DNA of 64,000 bases from Deltaproteobacteria bacterium (GCA_021801125.1 JAJYYI010000042.1:2975-66974); one strand, 5' to 3'; shown: positions 19,315-28,720, numbered from the stretch's first letter. Notes: generated by a model from the letters alone, not told the origin. Numbers and translations are program-made.

Positions 19315-20933
19315 GCGCGGCGCAGGCGAGCACGAAAGTTTCGACCCAGCCTGCGCCAGCGGCAGCCGAACTTTGGAGGCCGCACCACAACCCGTGGCTC
19401 GTGGCGCTAACGGTGACGCTGGCGACCTTTATGGAGGTGCTGGATACCAGCATCGCCAACGTCGCTCTGCCGCACATCGCGGGAGGGCTCGCCGCGAGCT
19501 CGGATGAAGCCACCTGGGTACTAACTTCCTACCTGGTTTCCAATGGGATCGTTCTGCCGGTGAGCGGATGGGCTTCGGGCTTGGTCGGGCGCAAACGCTT
19601 TTACATGCTGTGCGTCCTGCTCTTCACGATCAGTTCTTTCCTATGCGGGGTAGCCCCGAGCCTGCCGCTTTTGATCCTCTTTCGCACGTTGCAGGGCGCC
19701 GGCGGCGGCGGCTTGCAACCCAGCGAACAGTCGATATTGGCCGACACCTTTCCGCCCGAGAAATTCGGGATGGCGTTTGCGGTCTATGGAATGGCGGTCG
19801 TGCTCGCGCCGGCCATCGGGCCGACGCTGGGCGGATGGATTACCGATAATTTCAACTGGCGCTGGATTTTCTTCATTAACGTGCCGGTAGGAATCCTCTC
19901 CTTGTTTTTGTCTTACAGGATGATCGAGGACCCGCCGTATCTTAAGCAACAGGTGGCCGAGGGTCGCGCGAAGCTGAAAATTGACTATATGGGGCTGGGT
20001 TTGATAACCCTGGGCTTAGGATGCCTGCAGGTCGTTCTAGACAAGGGGCAGGAGGACGACTGGTTTGGCTCGCGCCTGATCGTGGTCCTTACGATAATCA
20101 CAGCGGTGTCGCTCGTCGCTTTTATTATTGCGGAATGGCGGACCAAGCAACCGGTTGTCGATCTGCATTTGTTCAGGAACTATACCTTCGCCATCGGCAA
20201 CGGGATGATGTTTTTCCTCGGCGTGGTTCTGTACGGCACGACCGTGCTGCTGCCGTTGTTCCTGCAGGAGCTGATGGGTTACACGGCGGAACTCTCGGGC
20301 ATGGTGTTGTCGCCGGGCGCGGTGGTGATCATCGCGCTGCTGCCTCTGGTGGGAGCGTTGGTTTCGCGCATGGATGCGCGCTGGTTAATTCTGTTTGGCC
20401 TGGTCTTGAGCGCGGTGGCGATGTACCACATGACCAACCTGAGCCTTGATATCGACTTCAAGACGGCCACGTTATGGCGCTGCTACCAGACCGCCGGTCT
20501 GGCATTTCTCTTTATCCCGATAAATACGATGTGCTACGTAGGCGTGCCACGGGAAAAAAGCCGCGAGGTTTCAAGCCTGATCAATCTTTGCCGCAACGTC
20601 GGGGGAAGCGTCGGAATCTCGATGGCAACCACGATCGTCGATCGTCGTGCTCAGTTTCATCAGGATCGGTTAATCACTCATGCGACGACGTTCGATCCGA
20701 CGTTTCACGCCCGGCTCACTGAGCAAACTCGATCCCTGTTCCAAAGCGGGCTTAGCATGCACGACGCGGCGAATCAGACCTACGCGCGGCTTTACTCGGA
20801 TATTCAAGCCCAGGCGACGGCTCTCTCGTATATCGACACGATGTGGGTCTTCACGATCGTCTTCGCGGTAATGATTCCGTTCGTGTTCCTCATGCGCAAG
20901 AGCGATCCCACAAGGGGCGCCGCGGTGCACTGA
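19311..20933 (+). CDS. DHA2 family MFS efflux permease (EmrB/QacA)
   Basis: FMEVLDTSIANVALP, WVLTSYL, GPTLGGWI, WRWIFFINVP and RNVGGS motifs; about 14 TM segments. Confidence 0.95.
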   Translation: MSAAQASTKVSTQPAPAAAELWRPHHNPWLVALTVTLATFMEVLDTSIANVALPHIAGGLAASSDEATWVLTSYLVSNGIVLPVSGWASGLVGRKRFYMLCVLLFTISSFLCGVAPSLPLLILFRTLQGAGGGGLQPSEQSILADTFPPEKFGMAFAVYGMAVVLAPAIGPTLGGWITDNFNWRWIFFINVPVGILSLFLSYRMIEDPPYLKQQVAEGRAKLKIDYMGLGLITLGLGCLQVVLDKGQEDDWFGSRLIVVLTIITAVSLVAFIIAEWRTKQPVVDLHLFRNYTFAIGNGMMFFLGVVLYGTTVLLPLFLQELMGYTAELSGMVLSPGAVVIIALLPLVGALVSRMDARWLILFGLVLSAVAMYHMTNLSLDIDFKTATLWRCYQTAGLAFLFIPINTMCYVGVPREKSREVSSLINLCRNVGGSVGISMATTIVDRRAQFHQDRLITHATTFDPTFHARLTEQTRSLFQSGLSMHDAANQTYARLYSDIQAQATALSYIDTMWVFTIVFAVMIPFVFLMRKSDPTRGAAVH

Positions 20934-20956
20934 CCGCCTCAGCCTGAAGCAATTGC

Positions 20957-20998
20957 AAAACCAGACACCGCGGCGTCAGTCTCGCCGCGTTCTGTTTT
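20957..20998. terminator. Probable bidirectional intrinsic terminator between emrB-like gene and hsp20
   Basis: CGCGGCG-7nt-CGCCGCG hairpin flanked by AAAACCAGA and TCTGTTTT, between convergent genes. Confidence 0.6.
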
Positions 20999-21031
20999 CA
21001 CCGCGCCGTTGAAACGCGAGCCCCAGAAGTT

Positions 21032-21484
21032 CTAGCCCTTTTTGATACTTGGAGCGATCTCCACGGGAACTTTGCGCGCTCCCACGGATGCCGGTATCGG
21101 CACGGTCAGCTCCAGCACTCCGTTGCGGTATGACGCCCTTATCTGGTCGGCGTCTACTCCCGTGGGCAGCGTCAGTGAGCGCTCGAAGCTGCCGTATCTG
21201 ACTTCGCGACGGAGGAAATCGCGTCCTTTGTCTTCGTGTTCGTAGTGGCGCGAGCCCTTAATCCTAAGGATGTTTCCGGTCACGGTTACGTCAACGTCTT
21301 TTGGGTCGACTCCTGGGAGGTCGGCGCGTACAATCAACCGGCCGCCCTCGATGAATGATTCGATCGGAGGCGCTGCGAAGGTAGTCTCGCTGCTGCCTAA
21401 GAAACGCGTGAATAATTCGTCGAAATCGCGGCTGAACCGTTCAAGCTCTCTGGTTGGCGACCAAACGCGAAGCTCCCTTGCCAT
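21032..21484 (-). CDS. Hsp20/alpha-crystallin small heat shock protein
   Basis: ADLPGV, EVRYGSFERSLTLP and ASYRNGVLELTVP motifs; GGAGG RBS. Confidence 0.93.
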   Translation of the reverse strand: MARELRVWSPTRELERFSRDFDELFTRFLGSSETTFAAPPIESFIEGGRLIVRADLPGVDPKDVDVTVTGNILRIKGSRHYEHEDKGRDFLRREVRYGSFERSLTLPTGVDADQIRASYRNGVLELTVPIPASVGARKVPVEIAPSIKKG

Positions 21485-21616
21485 GCTCTATTTCACCTCC
21501 TGCCGCCGACCGTCCGGCGAAACGACTTCCGCATTCTCTGATGGGAACTTAACCACGAGAGGCGCTTGGACAAGAAGGCAAACGATGTAACCCGGCGCGC
21601 AGGTCGCAGACGCGCG

Positions 21617-22375
21617 TCATTCCGTGTTTGCGGCGTTGTCATCGCCGCTCGCGAAAGGGTCGGAAACCTGATGCTCCGACTTGGCCGAGGCGGTACCATG
21701 CGGTGGCGGTACCTGACCCGGCCCCAAGAGAGCCGCGGAAGCGGCCGCGCTGGGGACGCCGTTCGCCGACGGCTTCCCGACCGGCTGGTTTGACACGGGC
21801 TGAGTCGCCGCCACGGCCGACGGGCCGGCGGAAGGAGACAGCCCGGTCGGGGACGACGGCTTGTTGGCCGAAGACGCGCCAGGCCGCGCGGGATTTGCGG
21901 CCCCGGACGGAGAATGGCTGCCGGCCGACGGAGGTGGAGACTGCTCGCGGTAACGGCTCTGGCCAAACTTTGCCAAGGCGATCGCTCCAATCGCCGCTAC
22001 GAGGATCGCAATCCATGACAAGCGCCGCGTCGGCCGCTTGGTTTCCAGCATCACTGGTTCCGCCATCCGGGCCGACTCATTCTCGATATATTGGAACTCG
22101 CGCACAAAACGCATGGCCAGGTCTTCGCCGTCCAGGCCGAGCGTGTTTGCGTATCGGCGAAGGAAGGGAACTAGGTAAATCTGGTCCGAGACTTTCTTGT
22201 AGGACTCCCCCTCCAGCATCTCAACGTAGCTTAATGACAGGTGTGTGCGCTGAGCGGCCTCCTGACGGCTGAGCCCGAGCTTCTCCCGGGCAGTGATTAG
22301 TACCTGTCCGAGAGTCGGTGGAGAACCGCTCTCGTCCTTCGCGCCCTCAGACGGACGCTTTGCTTTGGTGTCCAC
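21617..22375 (-). CDS. RodZ-like helix-turn-helix membrane protein
   Basis: LGQVL..AREKLGLS...LE...Y...FLRRYANTLGLD HTH, one TM, Pro/Ser/Ala-rich tail. Confidence 0.75.
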   Translation of the reverse strand: MDTKAKRPSEGAKDESGSPPTLGQVLITAREKLGLSRQEAAQRTHLSLSYVEMLEGESYKKVSDQIYLVPFLRRYANTLGLDGEDLAMRFVREFQYIENESARMAEPVMLETKRPTRRLSWIAILVAAIGAIALAKFGQSRYREQSPPPSAGSHSPSGAANPARPGASSANKPSSPTGLSPSAGPSAVAATQPVSNQPVGKPSANGVPSAAASAALLGPGQVPPPHGTASAKSEHQVSDPFASGDDNAANTE

Positions 22376-22471
22376 TGTTAAGCTGGTCCTTATGCTTTAG
22401 CTTTGTGCGACTTCGATGCTACCGGTGGGGCGATGGAATCGGGTCTGATGCCCAAAAAGCCTGAAAGAGCA

Positions 22472-22975
22472 TTAATTCGAACTGCTGGCTGCTTGACCGG
22501 CCTTGGTGGGCTGGGCGGCTGGTTTTGGCGGCAGCCCACCGTTCTTAATCTTTTCGAGTTCCTGCTTGGCTTGTTGCACATACGGCGGATCGGGCCTGCT
22601 CTCGAGTTCGGATGCTCTGTTGCCGTAATCGACCGCGTTTTGCCAGTCATGATTCCAATAAGCGACCATGCCTAGGTAGTCGTACGCCGGTCCGAACATT
22701 GAGTCATACTCTATCGCCGTATGGAACTCCTTGGCGGCGGCAATCATTTCACGTCGCTGAAAATAGTCTTCGCCGCGACGAGTGAAAATTTCCGCCGCAA
22801 GTTCACGCAACTGGAGGTTTCCCGGGTCGTCGGCTAGAGCGGCCCGGACCTGACGCGCGGCGTCATCCAGACGCCCCTGCTTCAGGGCGACCTCTCCGTC
22901 GTCATCGAGAATCGCACTACATGCCGGAACAAGGCAGATAAGGGCAGCTAGCGCCAGATACTTTGACATTTTCAT
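22472..22975 (-). CDS. TPR-repeat lipoprotein
   Basis: Signal peptide with lipobox-like VPAC; TPR pattern (AYDYLGMVAY). Confidence 0.75.
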   Translation of the reverse strand: MKMSKYLALAALICLVPACSAILDDDGEVALKQGRLDDAARQVRAALADDPGNLQLRELAAEIFTRRGEDYFQRREMIAAAKEFHTAIEYDSMFGPAYDYLGMVAYWNHDWQNAVDYGNRASELESRPDPPYVQQAKQELEKIKNGGLPPKPAAQPTKAGQAASSSN

Positions 22976-23489
22976 CAGAAGTTATGCTTTCAATTTTTAC
23001 CGCCTGTGGCCGGTTATGCCAACTCCCCCGAGCCAACGCATCGTCCGGTCAGCGAGTATCCTGTCGCCTCGCTTTGGCTTAAGGCGGCTAAGCTTCAGGC
23101 GCGCCAAAGCGGGCCACGATCCGAGTCGAGAGGAAAGGAAGGCTTGGTGCTCGGTACTCGCTCGATCCAGTGCTTTGCCTTGAGCGAAGCAGAACAAACG
23201 CGACGCAGAAAAGCCGTTTAAGCTGAGCCGGAACTCGGGTCGCAGAACATAGAGCTTGGCTGCGGATCGCCGGCCGGACGTGGAAAACGAATTCATGATC
23301 GGCAGGCTCTGGGCAACGCACCCTAATTCGCGGCCACTTCCGGCTTAGCTTCCCGAGGCCCGCTCAAGCCTACGGTGCCCGCCGTTTTCTTGAAAATCAA
23401 ACCGCTGCCGGTCAACACTCGGAAGATCAACGCGGCGCGATAGCGCAACGGCGCATGGGCGGGGAGACAGTTTTCTCGGTTTGAGAGAA

Positions 23490-23564
<75 letters not shown>

Positions 23565-23962
23565 CCAAGATTGAGACTTTAGGCCGCCTCGTAACTTCTG
23601 TCAAATCGCCACGGCGTGTCGGCGTGTGCTCGGCGATGTTCCATCGAACACGCCTTCCGCGTGGCCGACGCGAGTCTACGGAGGCCGGTCCGCAATGACT
23701 ATGCAGCAGACGCCGCGAACCGAATGCGCGCGCCGCTCGCGTAGCCGAGAGTACGGTCTCTTCTGCGGGCCGACGTGGTACTTGCGCAACGACAAAGATA
23801 GCGTTGACCCTCGCGTTACATGGGCCGACCGCGATGCTCAGTCTCGTCGTACCAGACTCGAAAGCCCAGCGCGAGCCAAACGTTGCATTCACCGCGCGGG
23901 GGTCGCGGTCAGCAATTGAAGAATGGACACGGAGCGTTAACGCGAGTGTGCCGTTGAATAAC

Positions 23963-24457
23963 TTAAGGAAGCTGGACCTCTCCTAACCTGCTGTTTAGCA
24001 GCCCAAAGTGGACGCCAATCCAACGTTTGATGAAAAAGTCGAGACTGACTAAACCCGGTCCGCTCACCATCAACCAGAAAAACGTCAGCATATACAGCGG
24101 ATCATCCAAGGCAACGAAATCAGCAAACCCGTTGGCTTCCTTTATCTGCACCGTAGCGGTGGCCACGGCCATGTCGATAATGAGCGGAATGCACGCGATT
24201 CGGGTCACAAGTCCGACGATGAGCAGAAGGCCGCCAACCGTTTCTGTGTACCCCACCAACAGCAGGCTCAGGTGCGGATAAGGGATGCCCCATCCGACAA
24301 ACACTTTCGTGAAATCGGCTACCCTTTCAATCTTTGGTAATCCGGATTCGAAAAAGAGGTAACCGAGGAAAACGCGGATGAGAAGGGGAGGTAGCCACTG
24401 AATCCAGCCTGCTACGCTGAGCAGAACATTGGCTAAAAGTCCGACGGCTTTTTTCAC
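23963..24457 (-). CDS. DoxX family membrane protein (BufD-like)
   Basis: LIRVFLGYLFFESGLPK, ETVGGLLLIVGLVTR and GPGLVSLD DoxX motifs; start uncertain (GTG 24457 chosen). Confidence 0.85.
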   Translation of the reverse strand: MKKAVGLLANVLLSVAGWIQWLPPLLIRVFLGYLFFESGLPKIERVADFTKVFVGWGIPYPHLSLLLVGYTETVGGLLLIVGLVTRIACIPLIIDMAVATATVQIKEANGFADFVALDDPLYMLTFFWLMVSGPGLVSLDFFIKRWIGVHFGLLNSRLGEVQLP

Positions 24458-24473
24458 TGTTGTCTTCGCGCGG

Positions 24474-25319
24474 TTATCTTCGCTGCGGGCAACGGGTTGC
24501 CGCCCTCTGCGCTCTGAGGTCGCAAACGGCCAGCACGCCGTCAGCCAACCACCGACCAAGAAGCCGATTAATCGCTTCAGCCGGATCTTCGCCGAAATGC
24601 GCGCGGGCCAGGGTCTCGCATATTACGCAGAAAGCGGCGCCTTCTGATGCGACCCGCAGGGCCGCGCTCTCGGCCGGTTCCAATTCGCGGAAATAAACGT
24701 CCATTTGATTGCGCCAAACGAGTAAAACAGTCCGCTCGCGGTGTGGGTTGCGCCACGGCGTTGCGTTGTCAATCGCCCGTCGAACGTCTCCCACTCGCCA
24801 TTCGCATTCCAACATTCGCGAGGCCGGATGAGTCCTGAGCACAAGCGTTGGCCAAGCTTCGGGCGCGAGCTTGCGCATCTCGTCGGCATCCAAGACGGGG
24901 CTGTCCGGCGCGATAAACACTTCTGTGATCGCCTGATCCAGTCGCGCCAATTCGGCAACGAACGGAAAGTCCAAGAGAATTGAATGGTCGCGCAGAAAGG
25001 TGGGGAAATGCCGGCCGGCGTGATCTATCGAAGGTTCGGTGGGCGGATGATGCGCGATATATGAGCGCGCTAGCGCTTCGAAGCGCGCGTCACCTAGCAC
25101 CGTCGAGGTGGCGGGAAAATCCTCCCTCAAGCAGCTCAGCAAGCGAAGAAAGTAGGCCTCGGTGTATATCTGAAGGCGCCGCGCCGCAGGCAAGCCGACG
25201 TCCCCACGCAGCGCGCGCTCGGCCACGCTGCGATAGAGCCGGCCGTCAACGCTGCCATCGGGGGTAGTGATGCCGGCGTAAATGAGGCGTTGAAGTTGCT
25301 TCAGGCGCATGATCTGCAA
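24474..25319 (-). CDS. DUF2063 family MNIO partner protein (BufC/HvfC-like)
   Basis: RLQIYTEAYFLRL...DFP...LGDARF...Y...HPP...ELARLD pattern; adjacent to DUF692. Confidence 0.88.
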   Translation of the reverse strand: MQIMRLKQLQRLIYAGITTPDGSVDGRLYRSVAERALRGDVGLPAARRLQIYTEAYFLRLLSCLREDFPATSTVLGDARFEALARSYIAHHPPTEPSIDHAGRHFPTFLRDHSILLDFPFVAELARLDQAITEVFIAPDSPVLDADEMRKLAPEAWPTLVLRTHPASRMLECEWRVGDVRRAIDNATPWRNPHRERTVLLVWRNQMDVYFRELEPAESAALRVASEGAAFCVICETLARAHFGEDPAEAINRLLGRWLADGVLAVCDLRAQRAATRCPQRR

Positions 25320-25339
25320 TCCACTATTATTTATTATTC

Positions 25340-26191
25340 CTAACCCAACGCGGTGCGAGCCCGTTGCCGCGCTTCGTCAGCGACGGCGGCGAGCCTTGAG
25401 AATTCCGGAATGTTGTCATCCCATTCGATAAGCGTCGAAACCGGTCCGAAACGACGCACCGCCTGCTCGTAAAGCCTCCACACCTCCTCGCGAATTGGGT
25501 GATCATGCGTGTCCAACAGGTAGCCGCCATGATCGCTGTGACCCGCGAGGTGAAACTGACCGACGCGGCCGATGGGGATGGCGTCGATGTAGACGCGCGG
25601 GTCGAAGCGGTGATTAAAAGCGCTGACGAAGATGTTGTTGATATCCAGGAGGATGGCGCAGTCCGCCTCCTCAGCCACCGTTGCTAAAAAATTCCATTCG
25701 CTCATCGTCGCGTTCGCGAATTCGAAGTAACTGGAAACGTTCTCGAGCAGAATCGGCTGGCCAAGAATCTCCTGCACGATGCGGACTCGTTGCACGACAT
25801 GCCGGAGCGTTTCGTCCGTGTACGGAAGCGGTAGCAAGTCATGCAGGCTGCGCCCGCCGACCCCCGTCCAACAGAGATGATCGGAGATCCAAGCCGGCTC
25901 AAAACGCCGCGCAAGCGACGCAAGACTTTTCAGGTAACCGCGACGGATCGGGTCGGTCGACCCGATCGAGAGGCTGACCCCGTGGAAGACCACGGGGTAG
26001 CGTTCCCGTATTCCTTCCAGGACCTTAAGCGGCTGCCCGCCCGGCACCATGAAGTTCTCCGAAATCACTTCGAACCAATCCATTGGCGGATGCTGCTCAA
26101 GGACCTGCGAATAGTGAGGTCGACGAAGGCCCACTCCAAAGCCGAGAGCCGGAAGGTGAGCGCATGCTAAAGAAACCGCCTTTTCGAACAT
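25340..26191 (-). CDS. DUF692 multinuclear non-heme iron oxidase (MNIO, BufB-like)
   Basis: GVGLRRPH, FEVISENF, HGVSLSIG, SDHLCW, DLLPLP, LENVSSY, LLDINN, HLAGH, DTHD and EWD motifs. Confidence 0.95.
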   Translation of the reverse strand: MFEKAVSLACAHLPALGFGVGLRRPHYSQVLEQHPPMDWFEVISENFMVPGGQPLKVLEGIRERYPVVFHGVSLSIGSTDPIRRGYLKSLASLARRFEPAWISDHLCWTGVGGRSLHDLLPLPYTDETLRHVVQRVRIVQEILGQPILLENVSSYFEFANATMSEWNFLATVAEEADCAILLDINNIFVSAFNHRFDPRVYIDAIPIGRVGQFHLAGHSDHGGYLLDTHDHPIREEVWRLYEQAVRRFGPVSTLIEWDDNIPEFSRLAAVADEARQRARTALG

Positions 26192-26256
26192 TTTGCCAGC
26201 TCGTTCAGCGAGATTTTCCAGAATAAAGAAACTTTTGTACGGCGACTTAGGGACGT

Positions 26257-26293
26257 GGGCGGGTGCGTCGGAGAAAGCCCCACGTACCCGCCC
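26257..26293 (-). other. Stem-loop between precursor and MNIO genes (possible mRNA stabiliser or partial terminator)
   Basis: GGGCGGGTGCGT...ACGTACCCGCCC, an 11/12 inverted repeat about 20 nt after the precursor stop. Confidence 0.55.
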
Positions 26294-26314
26294 GTGACCT
26301 GATGAGACAGGGTG

Positions 26315-26584
26315 CTACATCTTCATAGCTTTGCCGCCCTTTTCGATGCACTCGGCTGCGGTCTTCGTATAAATTATGCCTTGTCCCTTGCAGGAGTTCT
26401 TGCCCGGTCCGGCGCTGGTCGCGGTCTTGCAAGCGCTCGCACCCTTGCATGAATTTGCGCCCAGGCATTTGACCTGCGCGGCCTGTGACGTTGAGGAGTC
26501 CGAACCCGCTGAGCTGGGCGTGGTGAGAAACAAAAGCGCCACGGTGCTTGCCAAGAGCGCTCCCGGAACCGTGATCTTTTTCAT
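26315..26584 (-). CDS. Bufferin-type (BufA2-like) secreted Cys-rich RiPP precursor
   Basis: Sec-pathway signal peptide, then CLGANSCKGASACKTATSAGPGKNSCKGQG...EC; GGAGG RBS; first gene before DUF692/DUF2063/DoxX. Confidence 0.88.
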   Translation of the reverse strand: MKKITVPGALLASTVALLFLTTPSSAGSDSSTSQAAQVKCLGANSCKGASACKTATSAGPGKNSCKGQGIIYTKTAAECIEKGGKAMKM

Positions 26585-26640
26585 ACGCACCTCCATTTGC
26601 TACGTTTTCGAGCCCGTTGAGGGCCGATTTGCCTATGAGC

Positions 26641-26671
26641 GTACTGTCTTCGGAGGCGGCTTAGCGTTACA
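26641..26671 (-). promoter_or_regulatory. Candidate ECF-sigma promoter for the precursor operon
   Basis: TGTAAC (-35, AAC motif) then 16-17 nt then (A)GAC, about 60 nt upstream of the precursor ATG; the -10 match is weak. Confidence 0.35.
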
Positions 26672-26747
26672 GCGGCGGACCGGTGCGCTATTTTAAGCGA
26701 ACCAGTGGCGTTCTGATGGCGGCCTGGGGTTTGCGGAACCTGCTCGT

Positions 26748-27407
26748 ATGGTATCCCAGATGAAACGAAGTCCCAGCGCTCAAGACGTGCCCGATGAAAA
26801 TGAGCCTGACCTACTTGCGCGCCTGCTGGACGGGGACGAGGCGGCGTTTCGCGACCTGGTCTTGTCCTATCACAACTCGCTCGTCCGCTTGGCGATGACC
26901 TTTGTCGCCGAGCGCGCCGTGGCGGAGGAGGTGGTACAGGAAACCTGGCTTGGGGTGGTACACGGTCTTCGTGATTTTCAACGTCGCTCTTCGCTTAAGA
27001 CTTGGATCTTTCGCATTCTGGCAAATCGCGCCAGAACGCGAGGCAAGCGCGAGGCTCGCTCGATCCCGTTCTCTTCGCTCCAGGGTCCTGGATCCCAATA
27101 CGAGCCTGCGGTTGACCCCAGCCGTTTCGACGCACGCGGGATGTGGACGGATCCACCTCGGTCGTGGAGCGACGTTGGGCCCGACGAACTGCTGGCTCGT
27201 CGGGAAACGATGGGCATGCTGCAGCGAGAGATCGAGAAGCTGCCGCCGAATCAACGCGCGGTGGTGATCCTCCACGACGTGGAGGGGATCCCATCCGCGG
27301 AAATCTGTAACATTCTCGAAATCAACGAGACTAACCAGCGGGTGCTTCTGCATCGTGCACGCGCGAAACTAAGGCGTGCGCTCGAACAGCACCTCGGTAA
27401 TAGGTGA
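26748..27407 (+). CDS. ECF RNA polymerase sigma factor
   Basis: GDEAAF, AEEVVQETW, SSLKTWIFRI and region 4 LPPNQRAVV...RVLLHRAR motifs. Confidence 0.93.
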   Translation: MVSQMKRSPSAQDVPDENEPDLLARLLDGDEAAFRDLVLSYHNSLVRLAMTFVAERAVAEEVVQETWLGVVHGLRDFQRRSSLKTWIFRILANRARTRGKREARSIPFSSLQGPGSQYEPAVDPSRFDARGMWTDPPRSWSDVGPDELLARRETMGMLQREIEKLPPNQRAVVILHDVEGIPSAEICNILEINETNQRVLLHRARAKLRRALEQHLGNR

Positions 27408-27413
27408 ACGCCG

Positions 27414-27653
27414 GTGTTAAGCTGTAGGGAAATCACCGAACTTGCCAGTGACTATTTGGAGGGCGAGCTGCCGCTGGGCAAGCGACTCTTCATCCGTGTG
27501 CATCTATGGATGTGCACGCATTGCCAAACCTACCTGGCCCAGTTGAGAAAGGTCATCGAGCTCCTACGGCGAGTGCCGAAAGAGCCGCCCAAAGAAGAGT
27601 TGCTGGAAATCCTGTTGCCGGAATTCAGACGGAAACATCGCGGCCAAGCTTAG
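27414..27653 (+). CDS. zf-HC2 (ZAS) soluble anti-sigma factor
   Basis: 79 aa; CREI...DYLEGEL...HLWMCTHC (HxxxCxxC); no TM; directly after the ECF sigma. Confidence 0.88.
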   Translation: MLSCREITELASDYLEGELPLGKRLFIRVHLWMCTHCQTYLAQLRKVIELLRRVPKEPPKEELLEILLPEFRRKHRGQA

Positions 27654-27841
27654 AGTCGCGGAGTCGATGCCTTGGCGCGGGGAGAAGAGCAGCGTCGCGC
27701 CGCCCTTGCCGGTGCTTTTACTCCCCCGCGAACCAGGTGACGCTCCCGAATGGGAGCGCGCGCGGACCCGGTCTAAAGGCGCGGCATCATCGACTTGCCG
27801 AAGCGGATGCGCGGACACTTTCTTGCCGCTCGCCTCGTTCT

Positions 27842-27862
27842 AAAAGTCGGTCAACCGACCTT
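27842..27862 (-). terminator. Hairpin containing the cbiX stop codon
   Basis: AAGGTCGG-TTGA-CCGACTTTT: 8-bp stem with the TGA in its loop, at the end of the cbi operon. Confidence 0.4.
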
Positions 27863-28720
27863 GTACTTGCATAGGTCGCAAGACATTCGCGTCAGACCTT
27901 CCCGCGCCTCCCGCACGCGCAGGAAGAGCACGTCCAGCAATCGCGGGTCGTCACCCAACGTCGGCGCGCACAGTGCTTCGGTTTCGGGACACTCTTGGCG
28001 GAAATTCGCGAGCGCCGTCTCGATGCGCCGCACCAGGACGCCGCTGAAAAAGAGGTAGGGTGCCACGATCACGCGGCGATACGGAAGGCGACTTAGTTTG
28101 CGTAGCCCTTGCGGGAGCGAAGGTTCCACGACGCCGCAAAAGGCGCATTCGACGGTAGCCAAGCCGCGCCGCTCCCACAAAAGCCGCCCCAGTTTGTAGA
28201 TGTCGCTGTTAGCGTCAGGATCGCTTGAGCCTCGGCCGAGCAGCAAAACCGCCGTGTCGCTCGCGGCACGTTCTGGCGCCGCACTTTGCGCTTGCGTTAT
28301 CCGGTCGCTGAGTATCTCGACCATCAGCGGATGCAGCCCGAGCGGGGCGGCCTGAGTGAAGCGCACCGAAGTAAAGCGTGCGCGCGCCGCCTCGACGTGC
28401 GTTGGGATGTCGACCTTCGCGTGTCCCGCAGCGAGGAGCAAAAAGGGCGCGATAACGATTTCCTCGGCGCCCCGGCGCACCGCACGTTCCAGGGCCTGGG
28501 GGATCGTTGGCTCGGCGAGCTCGACGAAGGCCGGTTCAACCAAGCCGTCGGTGCGCCGGCGGACCTGGTCGGCTAGCTCAAGAAATGACTGATTAGCCTC
28601 GGCGATACGGCTGCCATGACCAACCAGTACGATCGCGACGCGCTTCATCTCGCTTCGTCGGTCAAAATCGGGCACCGGGCGGCTGTAGCTTCTGGCGCGC
28701 CTCGACAGGTTTGAACTCAT
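27851..28720 (-). CDS. cbiX: Sirohydrochlorin cobaltochelatase CbiX (long form)
   Basis: VGHGSR, AGHAKVDIP, GRGSSDPDANSD, PYLFFSGVL and terminal MSCDLC motifs; start may instead be ATG 28648. Confidence 0.9.
   Translation of the reverse strand: MSSNLSRRARSYSRPVPDFDRRSEMKRVAIVLVGHGSRIAEANQSFLELADQVRRRTDGLVEPAFVELAEPTIPQALERAVRRGAEEIVIAPFLLLAAGHAKVDIPTHVEAARARFTSVRFTQAAPLGLHPLMVEILSDRITQAQSAAPERAASDTAVLLLGRGSSDPDANSDIYKLGRLLWERRGLATVECAFCGVVEPSLPQGLRKLSRLPYRRVIVAPYLFFSGVLVRRIETALANFRQECPETEALCAPTLGDDPRLLDVLFLRVREAREGLTRMSCDLCKYKVG

Noticed and set aside
27780-27853. Selenocysteine read-through of the cbiX TGA
   Set aside because: The UGA sits inside a hairpin loop rather than before a SECIS, is not at a Cys-equivalent position, and the extension looks non-coding.
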